DNA of 64,000 bases from Paraspadella gotoi (lineage: Eukaryota; Animalia; Chaetognatha). Both the position numbers and the translations under genes were made by a program. This document shows, one piece after another, positions 13,901 to 27,889 of the stretch; within the stretch, counting starts at the first letter, position 1, and every line of letters begins with the position of its first letter. The notes below the pieces were generated by a model, which did not search any database, was not told where the DNA came from, and saw only the letters and a program-made list of their open reading frames with translations. Location of the stretch: positions 9,611,530-9,675,529 of the forward strand of contig CM119270.1 of NCBI GenBank assembly GCA_051294375.1, in the 5' to 3' direction.

Positions 13901-16900
13901 CACGAGAATCAAACCTTTGGGGGAAAATGTACGAACTGATCGCACGGATTCAGGGATTACAGGGATGGATCATTCCACAAACCACCACAACTTAGTCATC
14001 GACGAAAAAAAATAATAACGAACTTTTTAATTTTTTTGGGAGAGTAAATTATGTAATCCGTGTACAGACGATGAAATGATACTATTCAAACCGGTAAACT
14101 AACCAGTGATTTAGAAATCTCGTAAAAATTGAAAACCGTTTCTCAACCAGAGTTAAGCCCAAGAGAAAGAATTCTCGTCAATTTTATTTTCGTCTTTGGG
14201 TACGAACTACAAAAGCAAAAAGACGAAGAGCGAAAAACAGAGGGTGAAGCGGAGAAAGGAGCCGTGAATTACGGGCGTAGTTGTGGCAGATGTTGTAAAT
14301 TGTAGCTCACGAAAGAACGATCGAAATTTTTAATCGTTTGATTACTGGAGCGAACAAGAGAACGCATGCATCTTTATATCGCGGTAGTTCTCTCGGTTGA
14401 AAGTGACTAATAATAGCAAATACAGCCTGACTTCAATGGTCATATTAACATTGAACAACTCTACTAAAATCACTTAGTAGATCCCGCAATATATTTCGGA
14501 CATTTTTTCGGTCGTCCGGTGTATTTGGGTGATCGGTGACCCTGGGGTGAAACTGGAGTGGCTTGGATCTTTGTTTATAAACAAAGCAAAGCAGAGCATT
14601 AGAGAAAAGTGAAGAACTGCGTGATGGGAAAAACTATTGGATATATATTATATAGGGTAATTAATGAACAGTTGCGTTTAAGTGGTATAAATATTATAAA
14701 ACAAAAAAACAAAAAGCTTTGTAAAACCTGTCTTGTGTTTAAACAAGAGAAGGTATGAAAGTAGGAATGTATGAAAAAAAATAGTTTTAATTAAAAATAA
14801 AGGGACCTAATATTCAATATGTAATTTTTTTTTCAAGATGAAAAAATTGAAACCCGCAACCCCAATTCTTTCGTTGTTAAATTCGAACGACACATCTCGA
14901 ATAAACAAGTATTCCAATACAAAAGATCGGACGAGTGCCACTCCTCCGGAGCACCGGTGTACCACTCCTCCGAAAGGCTCTAGGGCTTTGACTGGGGGCC
15001 TCTCACAGCCTAAATCAGTTCAAAGCCTCGAAATCCCGAATGAAAAGGATGTTGATTGAGACGGGGAAGGATAGGGGTAAGGAGTGAAGGGTAAGGGGGG
15101 TAAGGAGAGGGGGCTGACGGTGAGGAGACAAGGGGGTGGACGATCTGGGTTGAGGGAGGCAAGTAGGGGTGTAAGAAGAGTAAGCAAAGAAAAATAGTGA
15201 ATGGAAGAACAAACGGCGATGAAAAAAAAACGAAACAAAAGGCGAACAAGATTTGAGACAAAAATCGAAATAAAACTAATAGAGTTAAAAAGAGGAAATG
15301 TCTAAAGTAGGTTAAGATAATATAAAAGAGAGGAAGGAGAAAGAGTGAATTTAAGGACGAGTGTTGTTTGGCTCGTGACCTAAGATCCTATTTTTCAGGA
15401 AACTCTTGGTTTGGATCAGAAGAATAAGAAATTGATGTGGGGAAAGTAAAAATAGAAGAGTTGAAAAGCGGAAATTGAAATGGAAATGCCGTGGTCAAAA
15501 TTTTTTCCCTCTTCATACGTAGCTCGATTGAGTGGGGGTATGTTTAAAGAATCAAAGTTGCTATGACTAATAAATTGTTTTAACTGGAAACCGACGAAAT
15601 TGGCCGATTTGGTCGTATTTACCAATTTCGGCCTTTGTTTGACTTGGACAACTTTAAATGGCGAAAAATTGGCTTTGATGGAGAAAATTTGCCTTAGTGA
15701 CTAATGTAAATCGTAATACGGGCAAACTTGTAAACGATTCTGTTCTTTTAAAAATCCTAAAGTTATGATAATTTCACAGAAGCAATTTTAGTATTTTTCT
15801 CTGCATTACTATCTATTTAAAACAGATACATCGATTTTTTTGTCAACACAGAATGAGGTTTTATGTGCAATACATGCTTAAAATTTGTTTCGATTACCTA
15901 ATTTACTTAATCGTCGCGCCATTATCATAAGGCAATATAAACCCTCAACTAGTTAATTAGCGGTACTTGTACAAAGAATAATGACTGATATTTGATATTT
16001 TCTGGAATACCCGAGCTTTTGAGTTTTGTTAATCATCATCGTCTCCAAACAACGACGTCACCGAATCAGACGCCAGGTGAGTAAAAAAAAATTAACTTTT
16101 ATGTTTGGCCGTCGAAAGTTCGCAGTTATGAATTATACGTTGGGTGAGAATCTGCGAAAGGAACTCCCACGAAAGGTGAAAGAGGAAACGGTGGGAAAAA
16201 AATCTTAGAGAAAACAACTGTTTTTATAACGCGTCTCAAGCACTTTTTGAATCTTGCGTTCAATCAGAAAATGATTCAAGATGGAAAACTCAAACACACT
16301 TGTGTTTGAAACTTAAAATTTCACAGCTTTTATTTTTTCTCTTTTTCTCTCTCTCTGAAAAGCTGTTTCACAAAAAGAGCAAAATTTGAGCAAACATTTT
16401 TTTACAGACGGGTGTCCAACCAGGGGTCCCCGCCTGACAACCAACTGGCGTCCAACAGTCAGCGAAAAAAGTGACGCTCAACATTCGAAGAAAATCCTTT
16501 TGTTCTCGAGAAAATTGGAAAACGAACCGAAAAATCTAGAAATTGAAGAACAAGAACGGTAATTCCAATGTGTTGCGTCGCAGTGACTTTATTTTCAAGT
16601 ATATTTACTTTTGATCACATATGACATGACCTGACATAATTAAAAAAAAAATTGTCCGGGTATTTATGACAAAACGATGACCAAAATTCTATCTTTTATT
16701 ATTTATAGTTTTAGGAATTCCTGAAGGAGGCGCAAGCAGTTCCTTAGATTTGAGTTTTTTTTTGTCTTAACAAACTCATTGAGCAATCAACTATAGGCAA
16801 ATTATATATATTTTTAACGTGAGAGGGACAGACCGACAGACAGACATACCGACCGACCGATGGAAAAGTGACTTATAGAGGTGCTCCGCGAGTACTCGTG

Positions 16901-19615
16901 GCGCAACTAAAAAAGAAGGGATGGGAATAAAAAAGAAAAGCATAGAAATTAAGCCCACCCTCCTTTGGTTAAAGAAAGAACAAGTTTTTCCCCCTTTCCC
17001 AATCAAAACTCGCGCGATAATTTTGGACCCCAAAATGATTTCGTTTGTTTTGGCCGAATTCCGTTGTCGCCGGAGAGAAGGGCAGGGGTTGCCTGGGTTT
17101 GGAGGTTGGGTTTATAAATTTTTAGGTGATCTCGGTCAATAATGGGATGATAACTTATGGCCAAATAGGTTCTGATTGTGATCTGGGTTAAAGAAGAGTG
17201 GAAAAGTCCGAGGAAGTCAACGTGAAAGTAAACTGTGAAGTTTCGTCACACAGAATCGCCTGTCGCCACGAAAATTAGCGCCTTAAAGAAAAAGAGAAAG
17301 AGAAAAAGTTAGAGAGAGAGAGAGAGAGAGAGAGAGAACCACCGCAGACTCGCGCCCGCGTGTGAAAAACACTAACAGAGACAGAGATGCAAATTTCTCA
17401 AGCGTCGCACATCAGGATCGAAACTTCACAGGGCTCAATTTTTTTTAAATTATTTTTTTATTTAGTGCTAAAAATCTTTTTGTGAACTCCTCATAAAAAA
17501 CAATCCTGAAATCTCACGCTCTTAATTTTACCGCGCTTTTAAAATCTGCTCTGACGGTAAAAAAAACTATAAAGTCCAAAACAGCCGCACCTTTTCAAAG
17601 ACTTTCCCTAAACAATAACAAGGTCACGCGTCGTAACAACATTTGCGTTGTTTTGGCCCCGAAAGGTCGTTATTATTGTGACGTTTGTGAGCAGAGGTTT
17701 ATTTTTCTTTCTCTCAAACCTCCATTGTATACATTCAAGAGACATCCAATCAATGCTCCGCAGTTTTGCTCGCCCTCTACCTCTATCGTGTTTGTTTGAT
17801 TTAAGTCTGTAGAAAGGGTTTTATTTGAACATTTCAACCTAATTTGCCTTTCAAAGCTTGGATATCGTCTTTGATGTTTTTGTGTAGTTTCTAGAAAATA
17901 AATATTTTGTCGTCGTTAAAGGACAGCAGAGGATTTGGAGAATAGATGCGCAAATACGTATTTTAAAAAAAATTATACCGGAAGGCCATTTACGGCTTGC
18001 TCTTCTTCTACTGAAGAAATGTACTGTACTGTATGCATTGTAATGTTCTGTAGAAATGTAAAGGAGGACAAAGGAATAACAAGTGATATCAAACCATCTG
18101 TTTTGCCCTGTTTCGAAAATGTTAGTATCACTAGTTTATGGAAAATTAAAGGTTAGATCTGAAACTCGTCCGCATCATCATTATCATCATCTTCGAAATC
18201 GTCGTCGTCCTAACCTTCGGGCAAAAAAAGGTGCCCGCTGCGTGGCGGTGACTTAAGTCCGGATTGAACTCGGTGCCAAAAAAGTTAAGGGGCTTGACCG
18301 ATGGAACTGGAACCGGAGTGAAAACCTTAAGGCCACGACGAGAGAAAGTGACTCGGTCGGAACCAAAATCCGCAGAGATGATAAATTCGGGAAACTTCTC
18401 GGCGGCTGGTCGCGGATTTTTCTCTCTCTCTCTCTCTCTCCCTCCTAGTTCCATAACATTGTTTCACCTTTTTTTCCTCATAAACGGAATAATGGGAATA
18501 AATTACGATTGTAGCTTTAAAATATCAAAGCAGAAAACTATATAAAAAGTTAGATCACGGATTATTCGAAACCTAAGATTCCAAGAAGAAAATTCATTTT
18601 CCTGCGCAAATAACGAGATTCCACCGAGTCTGGTGACATTTCTCAAAAAAATTCAAGGAAAAAAGGGGAAAATGGAATGAACTTTATAGGGAAAACTGTA
18701 AATTGACTAAGGGCGCCTAACGATTATTAGAAAATTTTAAGTTTCATACAAAAACAAAGCGACAAAACAAATCTGAATCTTCCGTAAGGTATGTAATTAA
18801 TGTCCAATTTCCAGTATAGACTAGGTCTTTCGTTAAAAATAAACCCGATTTCATCACGTTCGCAAGTTTACGCCGAATCTAATAGAAAAAAAAAGGAAAA
18901 GACCGGATTTTCACTCTCCAAGAGAATTATCCTATTGATCCCACGAAAAAAAGTAGGGCCTAACCGCGGGACCCACGCGGCTCAAACAAAACATTTAAAC
19001 GAAATTAAGGAGAAAAACCGAAAAAAAGGGGAAAGCGGAAGGAAAAAAGAACATTCAAAGCGAAACGGGGAACGAAAAAGAAACTTTTTTTCTTTTTTCT
19101 CTGTACCTTTCTTGGGTTGATTGTCTTTGGGCTTTTCTGCCGCAGCGGCCGCCGACGGGGGTTTCGCCGACGTCTTCGACTCTGGTTCGGCCGACTTACC
19201 CGAGGCGTCGGCGACCTTACCGTCGGCACCGGCGTCGGCCTCGGGGCGACTCTCATCGGGGGTGGAGCCCTTACCCGGGGGATCCTTACCCTGGGACACA
19301 GGGTCTTCGGCCTTGGCGGCCACCTCGGCCATTTTGATCAAGTTTTTTTTTTCAAACTCAAATCGAGGTCAGGTTTTGTTTGCTTTTTCTCTCTGGTCTA
19401 TTTTTTTCTCCGACAGCGCCTCCCTCGTTTATTTCAAAACCGTTGGCAATCCGCGGCGACGCCGGAGCCCAAATTAATCTCTCTCTTTTTCACGGATATA
19501 AATAGATTCGGAGGCCTCTGGCGGGATCTTTCTTCATTGAAGAGAGAGTATTTTCAAAACAATAGCTCGATGAAGAAGAGTCTGGGTGCGATCGCGTGAA
19601 TTTAGAGAAAGTGCC

Positions 19616-19659
<44 letters not shown>

Positions 19660-21321
19660 AGAGAGAGAAAATAATAAAGTCGGGTGCGGGTGAGTGAGTT
19701 GGACGTAAGTTTATTGCTGAAGCAGCAACGACGGTGAAAAAGAAATGAGTGCGACGAAAAAAAGAAAGACAGGGCAAAAAGGGAAAAGAAAAAGAAAAAA
19801 TCTAATGAGAAAAAATGCAATGAAATTGAGACTCACTCTTGAGGTAGTTGGTGGAGGAAGGGATGGTCCAACTCCTTTGAGGCTTCGGTCCCGAGGTTCT
19901 TTGGTCGGGAGCGGAAGACTCCGATTTTCGAGAAGGGGATTTCGAACTAAGAGAGAGGGATTGGGGGGAAGAGGATATTAAAAATGAAAAGTAATAAACA
20001 GTTCATTTACATCGCGCTTCAAAACAAATTACAGTTGCAAGAAGTTAGTTGGAACTTCAATCAGCATTCAAGAAGTTAAAACTGACCTTTCCTCCTCCGG
20101 CGAGGGTAAGTTCTGAACGAGGGTGTTGATGGCCGCCCTTAACCCCTTGTGGGACGGAGTCAGTAGGAGGCTGCACCCATTGACCTTTGGGGTGGAAGAC
20201 GACGAATACTCGGAAAAAGAATTTGCTTTTCTCGGAATGTTGGCGCTGGGGACTCCGTTGTTGACTTTTTGGGCAATGTGATCTTCGGCGCTTCGACCTT
20301 CGGCTTTAGTGTTAGAAGCGAGACTGTCACTAGCGCCACCATCCGTCGATGGACGCATAGCGGAACCCATCACATTTTTCGGATCAGACGGAGAAGAGGA
20401 TAGGCACCGCGGCGGCGTGGGCGGCGAAACTGTCTCCTTGGAAACGGAGTCGTCAGACGGAGATTTAAGAATCGGCGGCGTTGGCGGCGGCGTGGAATCT
20501 ACGGAGGAGAAGACTGGTGGTCCGTCGCCGCGGCAACTGCCCGCGCCGCTGGCGGCGTCGCTTCCAGTGGATGAAAAACGCGGTGTGGAAATAGAAGAAT
20601 AGTTGAGCGTCGAACGCCAGAGGGCGCGATTTGAAACGAGAGGCGATGTGACAGTCGAAGGGGCAGCGCCGGAAGTGACCGCAACTTTGGTGGTGGCTTC
20701 CGATTTACGGTATAGAGAAGCACTTTTGTCAACGCCGTTGACAGCGAATCCGTCCAGGGCGTCCAAATCGGCGCCGGGAGCTTCGACCGGCGTCGCCTCG
20801 TTGCTTTGCGGCGGCGTCGCCACGCCGTTCGAGAATATCGAGGATCTCTTGGTCACCATCGATCCCCTTTCTCCCGCGAGACGTAGGGACGAAGGTCTGA
20901 CCACGGGTTCTCGGTCCACGAGCGGTTCGAGGTCATGCGGGGCAATCTTTGAAGGCGGGGCAACTTTTGGAGATGAAGGAGGCGAAGCCGAATGAGCGGG
21001 AGGGCGGGTCTTAGGAAGAGGCGGCGGGACGTCGGGTGTTTCGGCTGTCGAGAAGGGAATAGCGGAAGCGCGGGAATAGCGAGTCTTCAACGTAGATAGC
21101 GAAGGAGAAGCGATGGTTAAAACTGGACTCGCGACGGTAGACGGCGCTTCGGAAGTCTCAGACGAGGAGAGCGGGCGGAAGCGGATGGGATGCACGTCGT
21201 TACAGTGCGGCGAGCTCGAAGTGGCGTCGTTGGCACCGTCAATAGCGCCGATCTCGCCGGTTTGACGGGCGTCGGGGGAAAAGGTGGGGTCGGTGACGGC
21301 GGGAAGACGTTGACGCGTCAT
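4991..21321 (-). CDS. Smoothelin-like protein with C-terminal calponin-homology domain (partial; 3' exons not found in the window)
   Basis: Phase-compatible GT-AG exons: 20087-21321 (Ser/Pro-rich, ORF 20068..21321), 19837-19946, 5585-5644, 5151-5217, 4991-5087. The last encodes AAAIKDAMLAWCQSRTRGYP, resembling the start of the smoothelin-type CH domain (IKQMLLDWCRAKTRGYE). The exon expected next (NFSSSW motif) was not found in 1-4990. Confidence 0.7.
6181..6431. repeat. 36-bp minisatellite, about 7 copies
   Basis: Unit AGGCTGACCAACAAGGAACTTCGTACAAGATTAGAG in head-to-tail array without spacers. Confidence 0.95.
8408..8610. repeat. 35-bp purine-rich minisatellite, about 5 copies
   Basis: Unit GGAATTGAAGAAGGTGGAAGGGAGGGAAAAGGTGT. 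Confidence 0.9.
9204..9809. mobile_element. 606-bp palindromic MITE/foldback-like non-autonomous DNA transposon
   Basis: Termini TAAGGCGTAG ... CTACGCCTTA flanked by 8-bp direct repeat ATGCATAT (9196-9203 / 9810-9817); imperfect inverted symmetry extends along the whole element. Confidence 0.8.
9920..10150 (+). mobile_element. tRNA-derived SINE-like element with internal twister ribozyme motif (family A, copy 1)
   Basis: Box A-like TGGTGCCGGAGG (9958-9969), box B GGTTCTAGCCC (10002-10012), flanked by direct repeat AAGCTAT (9913-9919 / 10151-10157). Near-identical second copy at 37042-37262. Confidence 0.85.
10025..10098 (+). ncRNA. Twister ribozyme-like motif, type P5
   Basis: P5 GCAGTT/GACTGC; AA; P2' GAGG; GA; T1 CGG pairing with CCG in L4; TAA; GC; P3 TGTAAC/GTTACA; P4 CCTGA/TCAGG; L4 TCCGAAGC. 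P2 and P1 are weak in this copy. Confidence 0.7.
13037..13168 (-). repeat. Interspersed repeat R1 (uninterrupted copy)
   Basis: Reverse complement of 9866-9919 joined to 10151-10232; further fragments at 267-307 and 34134-34195. Confidence 0.8.
19107..19332 (-). CDS. Alternative first coding exon of the smoothelin-like gene (MAEVAAKAEDPVSQGK...DNQPKK)
   Basis: AAAATGGCC start context, GC-rich codon-like ORF, phase-1 donor G|GTACAG compatible with the phase-1 acceptor of exon 5585-5644. Confidence 0.55.
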
Positions 21322-22424
21322 CGGTGAAGGGGACGACGACGCGGGGGACGAATAGAGTCTTCGAAGATCCTCGAAACACTTAGCCCGACCCTTTTTCTTT
21401 AATTGGGATTTCGAAAGGTTTCGTTATCGAGTGCCGTGCAAAAAAGGGGCCCCGCCGCGGATGAGACATCAACATGCCGTGGGAAGGGTTAATCGAGAAG
21501 CAATGGGGAGGGGAGAAAAAGCAAATGCTAAACAAGAGCAAAAAACTAGCGAACGACGATTTAGGCTTTTGGATACCTAATAAAAATCAATTAGTTATTC
21601 CATGCCAAAAATTTCAATAAAGGCAAGTCATTATGTAAGGGAAAGCGTCACATCAAGCGAATATGTTTAAATACGAGTATCATTAATTTATATTTATGAT
21701 AAGATGAGCCAATGTGAGATATTCCAAAGTCTATTCTTAACGCTTATTTTGCCAACACAAGAAATTTAAGAGAAAACAGAGATAATAAGGTAACTCAAAC
21801 TATTTTGAGTAAATGTGAATAAATTGCTCAAGTGATATCGAAAAAAAATGGGACGACATAAATCTATTCCGATGATGATAGATCTTCCCCACCGGCCACA
21901 CGGACCGCCAGGTCTGAACGGTGAGCCCATTAATATCACATCGATCACGATCCCGAAAGATTGAGCTGACCCACTTTGTGAACAAGTGGTCAGGCGCGTT
22001 GTTTCCTGGCTATATGAAAAAAAATGCAAATAGACTTCTGGCTAATTTGACCAACATGTCAAAATTAGGCAGAAAAGCGCAATAATTAATAATGATAAAC
22101 ATCAATAATGATCACATAAGGTCTAGTTTAAAAACCCTTAGCTTTGGGCGGTGAACGCAAATTAAAACGAATAGATTCAAATAATGAAATTCTGCTTCAG
22201 ATTTTATGAGATTTTTTCCCAGGTTATAAAAAGCCTTGGCTAAGTAAGATACATTACGTTGTAAGAATTGGTAAAAATTTTTTTGTTTATTCAAGATTTT
22301 AATCAACTTAACTTGCGAAATGCTTAATTCATTAGTAGGGACCGAGGGGGAGCGGTTGTGTTTCAAAAAAAGTGTAAAAATAATACAGTAGTGAAGCATC
22401 CATTCTTTTAACGACCACCGGCAC

Positions 22425-24181
22425 CTTTGAGAGAGGACATTAAAGCAGCGTTGCGCCTTGGTCTCTCGCTGGGTCAGGCTAATGAGTCTTCTTTTCTATG
22501 CGATACGCCGTAATTTTGAAAGCCGATAAATCATTGTTTTTTTTTAACTCAAACAGGGTGGTTTTGGTTTTTTTTCGTATTGTATTATTCATTTATTGTT
22601 TAATGAACTAAAATATTTCAATCATTTCCGTATTACATTGTATATTGTTAGTAAATGAGTCATGTTATCTATTATTAGGTTGTTACGGTTATCTAACCAC
22701 AACATTACAGTATCTTCCTTTTTAGACAACCTTTTTCGGCAATCTTAAGGTCGCGTAAGAGGTAAGAGCCTCTGGAAAATTTACACCAGCTTAATTTAGT
22801 CTTAGTTCGAAAAAATAATAAATTTACGCAAAAACAGAGCCGAGGGGTCCAGTCCGAGGGGGCCGACGGGGTCAAAACCATGAATGTCATGCATTAACCG
22901 GCAAATGAGGGTTTGATTTTCGCATTAATCAAAGGTTTTTAAGGTGCATTAAGGAAGGGTACAGCTGAGTCTCGTTAAAATCGTTCTTCCGAGCGAGCAC
23001 CGAGGAAAAAGGTTAACGAGGTAAAGACGAGAAGGGGAAAAAGGTACAAGAATATATCACCTCAGGCTTAGCTCAACCTATAGGTTTTTATTCATTCAGC
23101 GTTTTCTTTGGTATGATTAACCTCCATATGTTTAGAATTGTTAAAAAATTGTTCGCGAATGTGATTACTTTCGTCTTCACACCCTTCTTCGTTAATAATT
23201 GAAAAATGATAATATTTAGTAAGAGTAGAGAGGCACTCGACATTTAATACCCAATCTCTATCTCGCTTCTCTCTCTCTCTCTCTCTCTCTATCGCGACAA
23301 AATCTGAGCAAACAGGGATGTAAATCAAGGTTAAACGATGTTATCTTGAGAAATCCTAAGAATCTCTCCAGATAACATATTTCGGGGAAGGGCTAACCAA
23401 GCCAACCACTGTCGGAATTAGGTAAAACCGCGTAATAAATGTTAAATCCAGGGGTAAGAGAAAAATCATGATATTTTGCCTATTAAATTTTCTATAACCT
23501 CAAGATTCATTTTATTCGCAAAAATAGTCTAGTCAAAATGGATGGATTAGTTAACTTGAGCTTTTCTCAGGTTACTTTAGAATGAAGGTAACGCGATCGA
23601 TATCACCATAGCAGTTTAAACACAATCGCTCTATCATCTCTTTCTCTTTCAAAAAAACAAAAAAACTCGAAATCAGAAAAGCGGGAAATATAGTTTTCTT
23701 CATTGCTTCAATATATATGTAGCTGGGTTGAGTGTTTTAGAAATAAGCTTTGGTTTAAAATATGAAAAAATTTAAACTTTTTTTAATTAAGCTTACGGCT
23801 CAGACGGTCTAAACGAAGCACCTGTCCCCCTTTCTTCAAATCGGCCCCAAAATGCGGCGAATTGAAAAACGATAAAAAAGCAATTAGCTAATCGATAGCG
23901 CAGTAAACGAAATTATAGCTCGAAACCGTGACGTTAATGGCATTAATGGAATATAAGCGACATTAGCGACATTAAGCAACGGTAATGACGATAATGACTA
24001 GAACCAAACTCATTAACGATACGGAGATTAAGCCGCCGCGTTCGAAAAAGTGAAAAAGAAGGGCAAAGTGAACGTGAAAAGACTCACCGGTTCAGAGAGT
24101 GAGGTGGATGAGATGACCATTTCCGAGGAGAGCCGACCCTCGCAACTCTCCGTCAAAGTCATTATCGTCTTTCCGAAGAAT
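22425..24181 (-). CDS. Tentative upstream exons of the smoothelin-like gene (24088-24181, 22425-22495)
   Basis: Both are bounded by AG/GT and are open and phase-compatible with each other (MTLTESCEGRLSSEMVISSTSLSEP | KRRLISLTQRETKAQRCFNVLSQ). The link to the large exon is uncertain because the acceptor near 21357 is weak. Confidence 0.3.
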
Positions 24182-26622
24182 CTGAGATAGAAATGAAAAA
24201 TAGAATTTCAATTTTACTATGAATTTTGTTAAGTGGAACTATCACTTTTTGGTTTGTGTGTACTTGCTCAAGCACTTTAGATTCTCAATCTCTCTTTCAA
24301 TTTTCCCCTTTTTCTTGAAGGACAAATATTTCTCTAAGCTCATGAGGATGATAGAAATCTTTCTTGCGGAAGAGAGAGAGGGAGAGAGAGAGAGAGAGAA
24401 CACGAATTTAAATCCCAAGTTTTTTCATTTTTGCAACTTTTAAGAAAGAAGAAACGAATTTCAAAGGGAGTGGGGGCGAACAAGAAAAACTTTTTCGTAA
24501 CACTATGTAAACACATTTGATATTCCCGGTTTCGACTCGCTCTCTCTCTCTCTCTCTCTCGCTCTCATCCCGATTCACATAAATTCCGACTTTTAAGAAA
24601 TATGAACAAAATGTCATTTATGACAAGAGAGAGAAAATGAGTTTACATGATTGTTCCAACTTTCGAAATAACATTGGGCAATGGGAAAATGACATGCAAA
24701 AAAAAAAGAGAGATTAATTTACTTTCGCCGAACGGGGTTACGTCTTAAGGAATAGGGTTAAGAGGGTTTAGGGTTAGGGTAATTAGGTAATAATTTTTAT
24801 TAATTGTTTTTAAAAAAATAAGTATTTTTAAATTGTTTTTCAAAAGACGCCAAAACCCCGTGCGCGAAAGTAAAATTTTGCCGTAAGCCTAAAAAAAAAA
24901 AAAAAAAAAAGAAAATTAAAATCCGTCGATGGGATAAGAAATATGTGGTTGAATATCCTCACCAAGACGGAGCTGATGCTAAGTCGAACCAACTTTCTTG
25001 GCAATTTCTCCATCATTTGCCTCCTCTCCCTCACCCCTTTCACAGTCACTGCCCTTTCCCCTTCTCCTTCACCCCTCGTCATTCACTGCCCCTGCCCCTC
25101 ACCCCTTTCTCATTCACCACCCCTAACCTTCCCCGCCTTCGTTCTCCTCATCGCCCCCCCCCAAAAAAAAACCTCCGGCGAGAATATTGGACGAAACGAA
25201 TTTATTCGCGTCAAAATTTCGACGCAGAAAAACGTAGTTTGTTTTTCGTTCTCGTGCGCGACGTTACAATCGAGTTAAGAGATTATCGATCACGCGTACC
25301 TCCGCGGTCCTATGCAGCATTTTTTATATTAATCTTTTATTTAAAAAGGCTGACCTCTCCCCCGGCCAGCACCCTAATCGGTCCCCGTTTTAAAAAACAA
25401 AACTTCTACTCCTCCATCTTTAGATGTACTATCCTTTTTTCGCGATTGTAAAAATCGTAGCGTTAACGAGCGGAGAGTAAAAATAATCGGTATAAACCGC
25501 CGCCCCAAAGTCGGCGGCGTCTAACCAAAGAAAAAAAATCGATTTCCCCCGCCTCTCTCGTTTTCGGAGGCGGCTCCGGGTTTCGGAAATTTCCTTTCTT
25601 TTCTTTAGGAGAGTAGGAGAGAGAAAGAGAGAGAAAGAGAGAGAAAGAGAGAGAAAGAGAGAAAAAGAGAGAAAAAGAGAGAAAAAGAGAGAAAGAAAGA
25701 GAAAATCGATAAAATCGACAATTTTCCGGCTTCTTTAAGTCTTCGCGCCTGCGCCTCGATTCTGAGCCTGAAAAAACTGGATGTTTTGAGATGATGCTTG
25801 CCTAATTGTGCCAGTTGTCTAGAGATAAAGAGATAAGCGAAAATGCGAGCAACCTGTAGCGCACCTACTAAAAAAATTTAAAAGTTAACAGCTTTTTTCC
25901 TTTTATTTGACCAACCTTATGAATTATGGTGCATCGTCCGTGATCCGTTATCGGGATGGCAATGATTATTAAAATGAGAAAGTTCGATACAGAATTTCAA
26001 GTCAGTTTTTCTTTACGCTTTTACTTCTTTTTAATCAAAAATGTTTCATGTGTTAATCGCCCCGAAGTCTGAAAAAAAAAAGGATTGATTCGTCACACGA
26101 GGTGGTCAACGCATAAATTAGAGGCGAAACAATAAAATCGAAAAGAAATAAACTATCTTTTTTTCCTTCCAACAAATTCGCACAAGAGACGCGTGTTGTT
26201 CGTTCGTTTTAAAATAGAGAGATAAAAAAATTGGCTCGATTAATTGAGGCCACGAAAAAAAGGTCGAGTTCGTCCATCGCGAGCGAACAGATAATTGCTT
26301 TTTTTTACTTGAGAAAAAAAACCTGTAAGGTAAGAAAAAAAAAGAAAATTGGAAATTGAAAATTAAAAGTGGAACTAACCAAAACACGGACCAGTTTTTG
26401 TATATTTTTTCTTTCTTATCATTTCGTTGAAGGGAAGAATTGATGTACGAAGGAAACAACAAAAACGTTAAAAATGTTTTATTCGATTTCGAAAAAAAAA
26501 GATGTCAGATTTTTACTACGAATCCGTGATTAAAAAGTTTTGAAGAGAAAAAAAAGCAAAATGATTGGCGAAGACGAAGAGAGAGAGAGCGAGAGCGAGT
26601 CGGCGCGAGATAGGGAAGTCGG

Positions 26623-26683
<61 letters not shown>

Positions 26684-27320
26684 TAAAAATTGTGTGAATA
26701 GTTAAAAAAAACAAAAAACTGAGGAGTCGAATTAAAGGGGGTTTCCATCATTTTTGATTTATTAATTTTTAATTACCAATTTTCCAAATTTTCTTAAGAG
26801 ATTTAAAATTTAAAGAGTAATTCAATGACAGAATCAAATGAATCTTGAAAGTTCAGCTAAAACCTGTCGTTTCGTGAGAGACGAGTTCCTTCAGGTCGTT
26901 CGTTTTATTTCCACGCAAAAAAAACAACAACAACAAAAAACAACAACAACAGAGATGGCGAACAAAAAACCGAGATCCGCCTGCAATGATGTTTTGATTA
27001 AAGAACCGGGCGAACTAAGAACCCGTCCTCGCGACGCGGCCGACACCGTAGAGGCAGACACCGCCCGCCAAATCTTTTTGTGGGTCGAAACCAAAATGAG
27101 GTTCACATGACGGAGCGAGAGAGAGAATGAGCGAAAGAAAGATATATGGGTGAAAGGGCGGCCCAAGTTTTGCGAAAGTTTTCATCCTCATCTTTTCTCT
27201 CTTGTTTTCCGAGAGAAAAAAATATTTTGCTCCATGAAAATTAAGAGAGTGGTTCCTTTATTTCTTCTTCTTTTTTTGCGTTTTATGTTTTAGAAGTAAC
27301 GACAGATATTTAAAGTTGTT

Positions 27321-27407
<87 letters not shown>

Positions 27408-27809
27408 AGACGTACAAAAGGAGTCTCTCATGAGAAAGCGCCTGTGTTGAAGCCAGAAACGAGTCCAGATTTAGAAAAAAAAGTCGCAGAAATTTAGACG
27501 TGGGTTCTTTTTTCATTTTTAGGTTCGGTTGACTTTTCCCTTTGTTTTTAGGTTTTTTCAAAATAGGAAAAAAAAGTTTTTTTTCTTTATTATACTATAC
27601 TATAATTTATAGTCTTCATCAGTTTAACCGAAGTTTTGCCTTCTATCACAATCAAAGGGATTGTTTATTTATTATTATTTCCATCGCTCCGTGAACAATT
27701 TGTGGGCTTTCAGTTGGTCTTCCCCTCAGACGTGATCGGACGAGTCCCGGCGTCTCCGAGTGAACGAATTTTACGAACTTTTTCCGGAGTGAAAGCCGGC
27801 GGTGACGAA

Positions 27810-27841
<32 letters not shown>

Positions 27842-27879
27842 AAAAGTCAAATGGCGAATGATCGTCCGTCTTTTCTGTC

Positions 27880-27889
27880 NNNNNNNNNN
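27880..27889. other. Assembly gap (10 N)
   Basis: Run of n. Confidence 1.
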
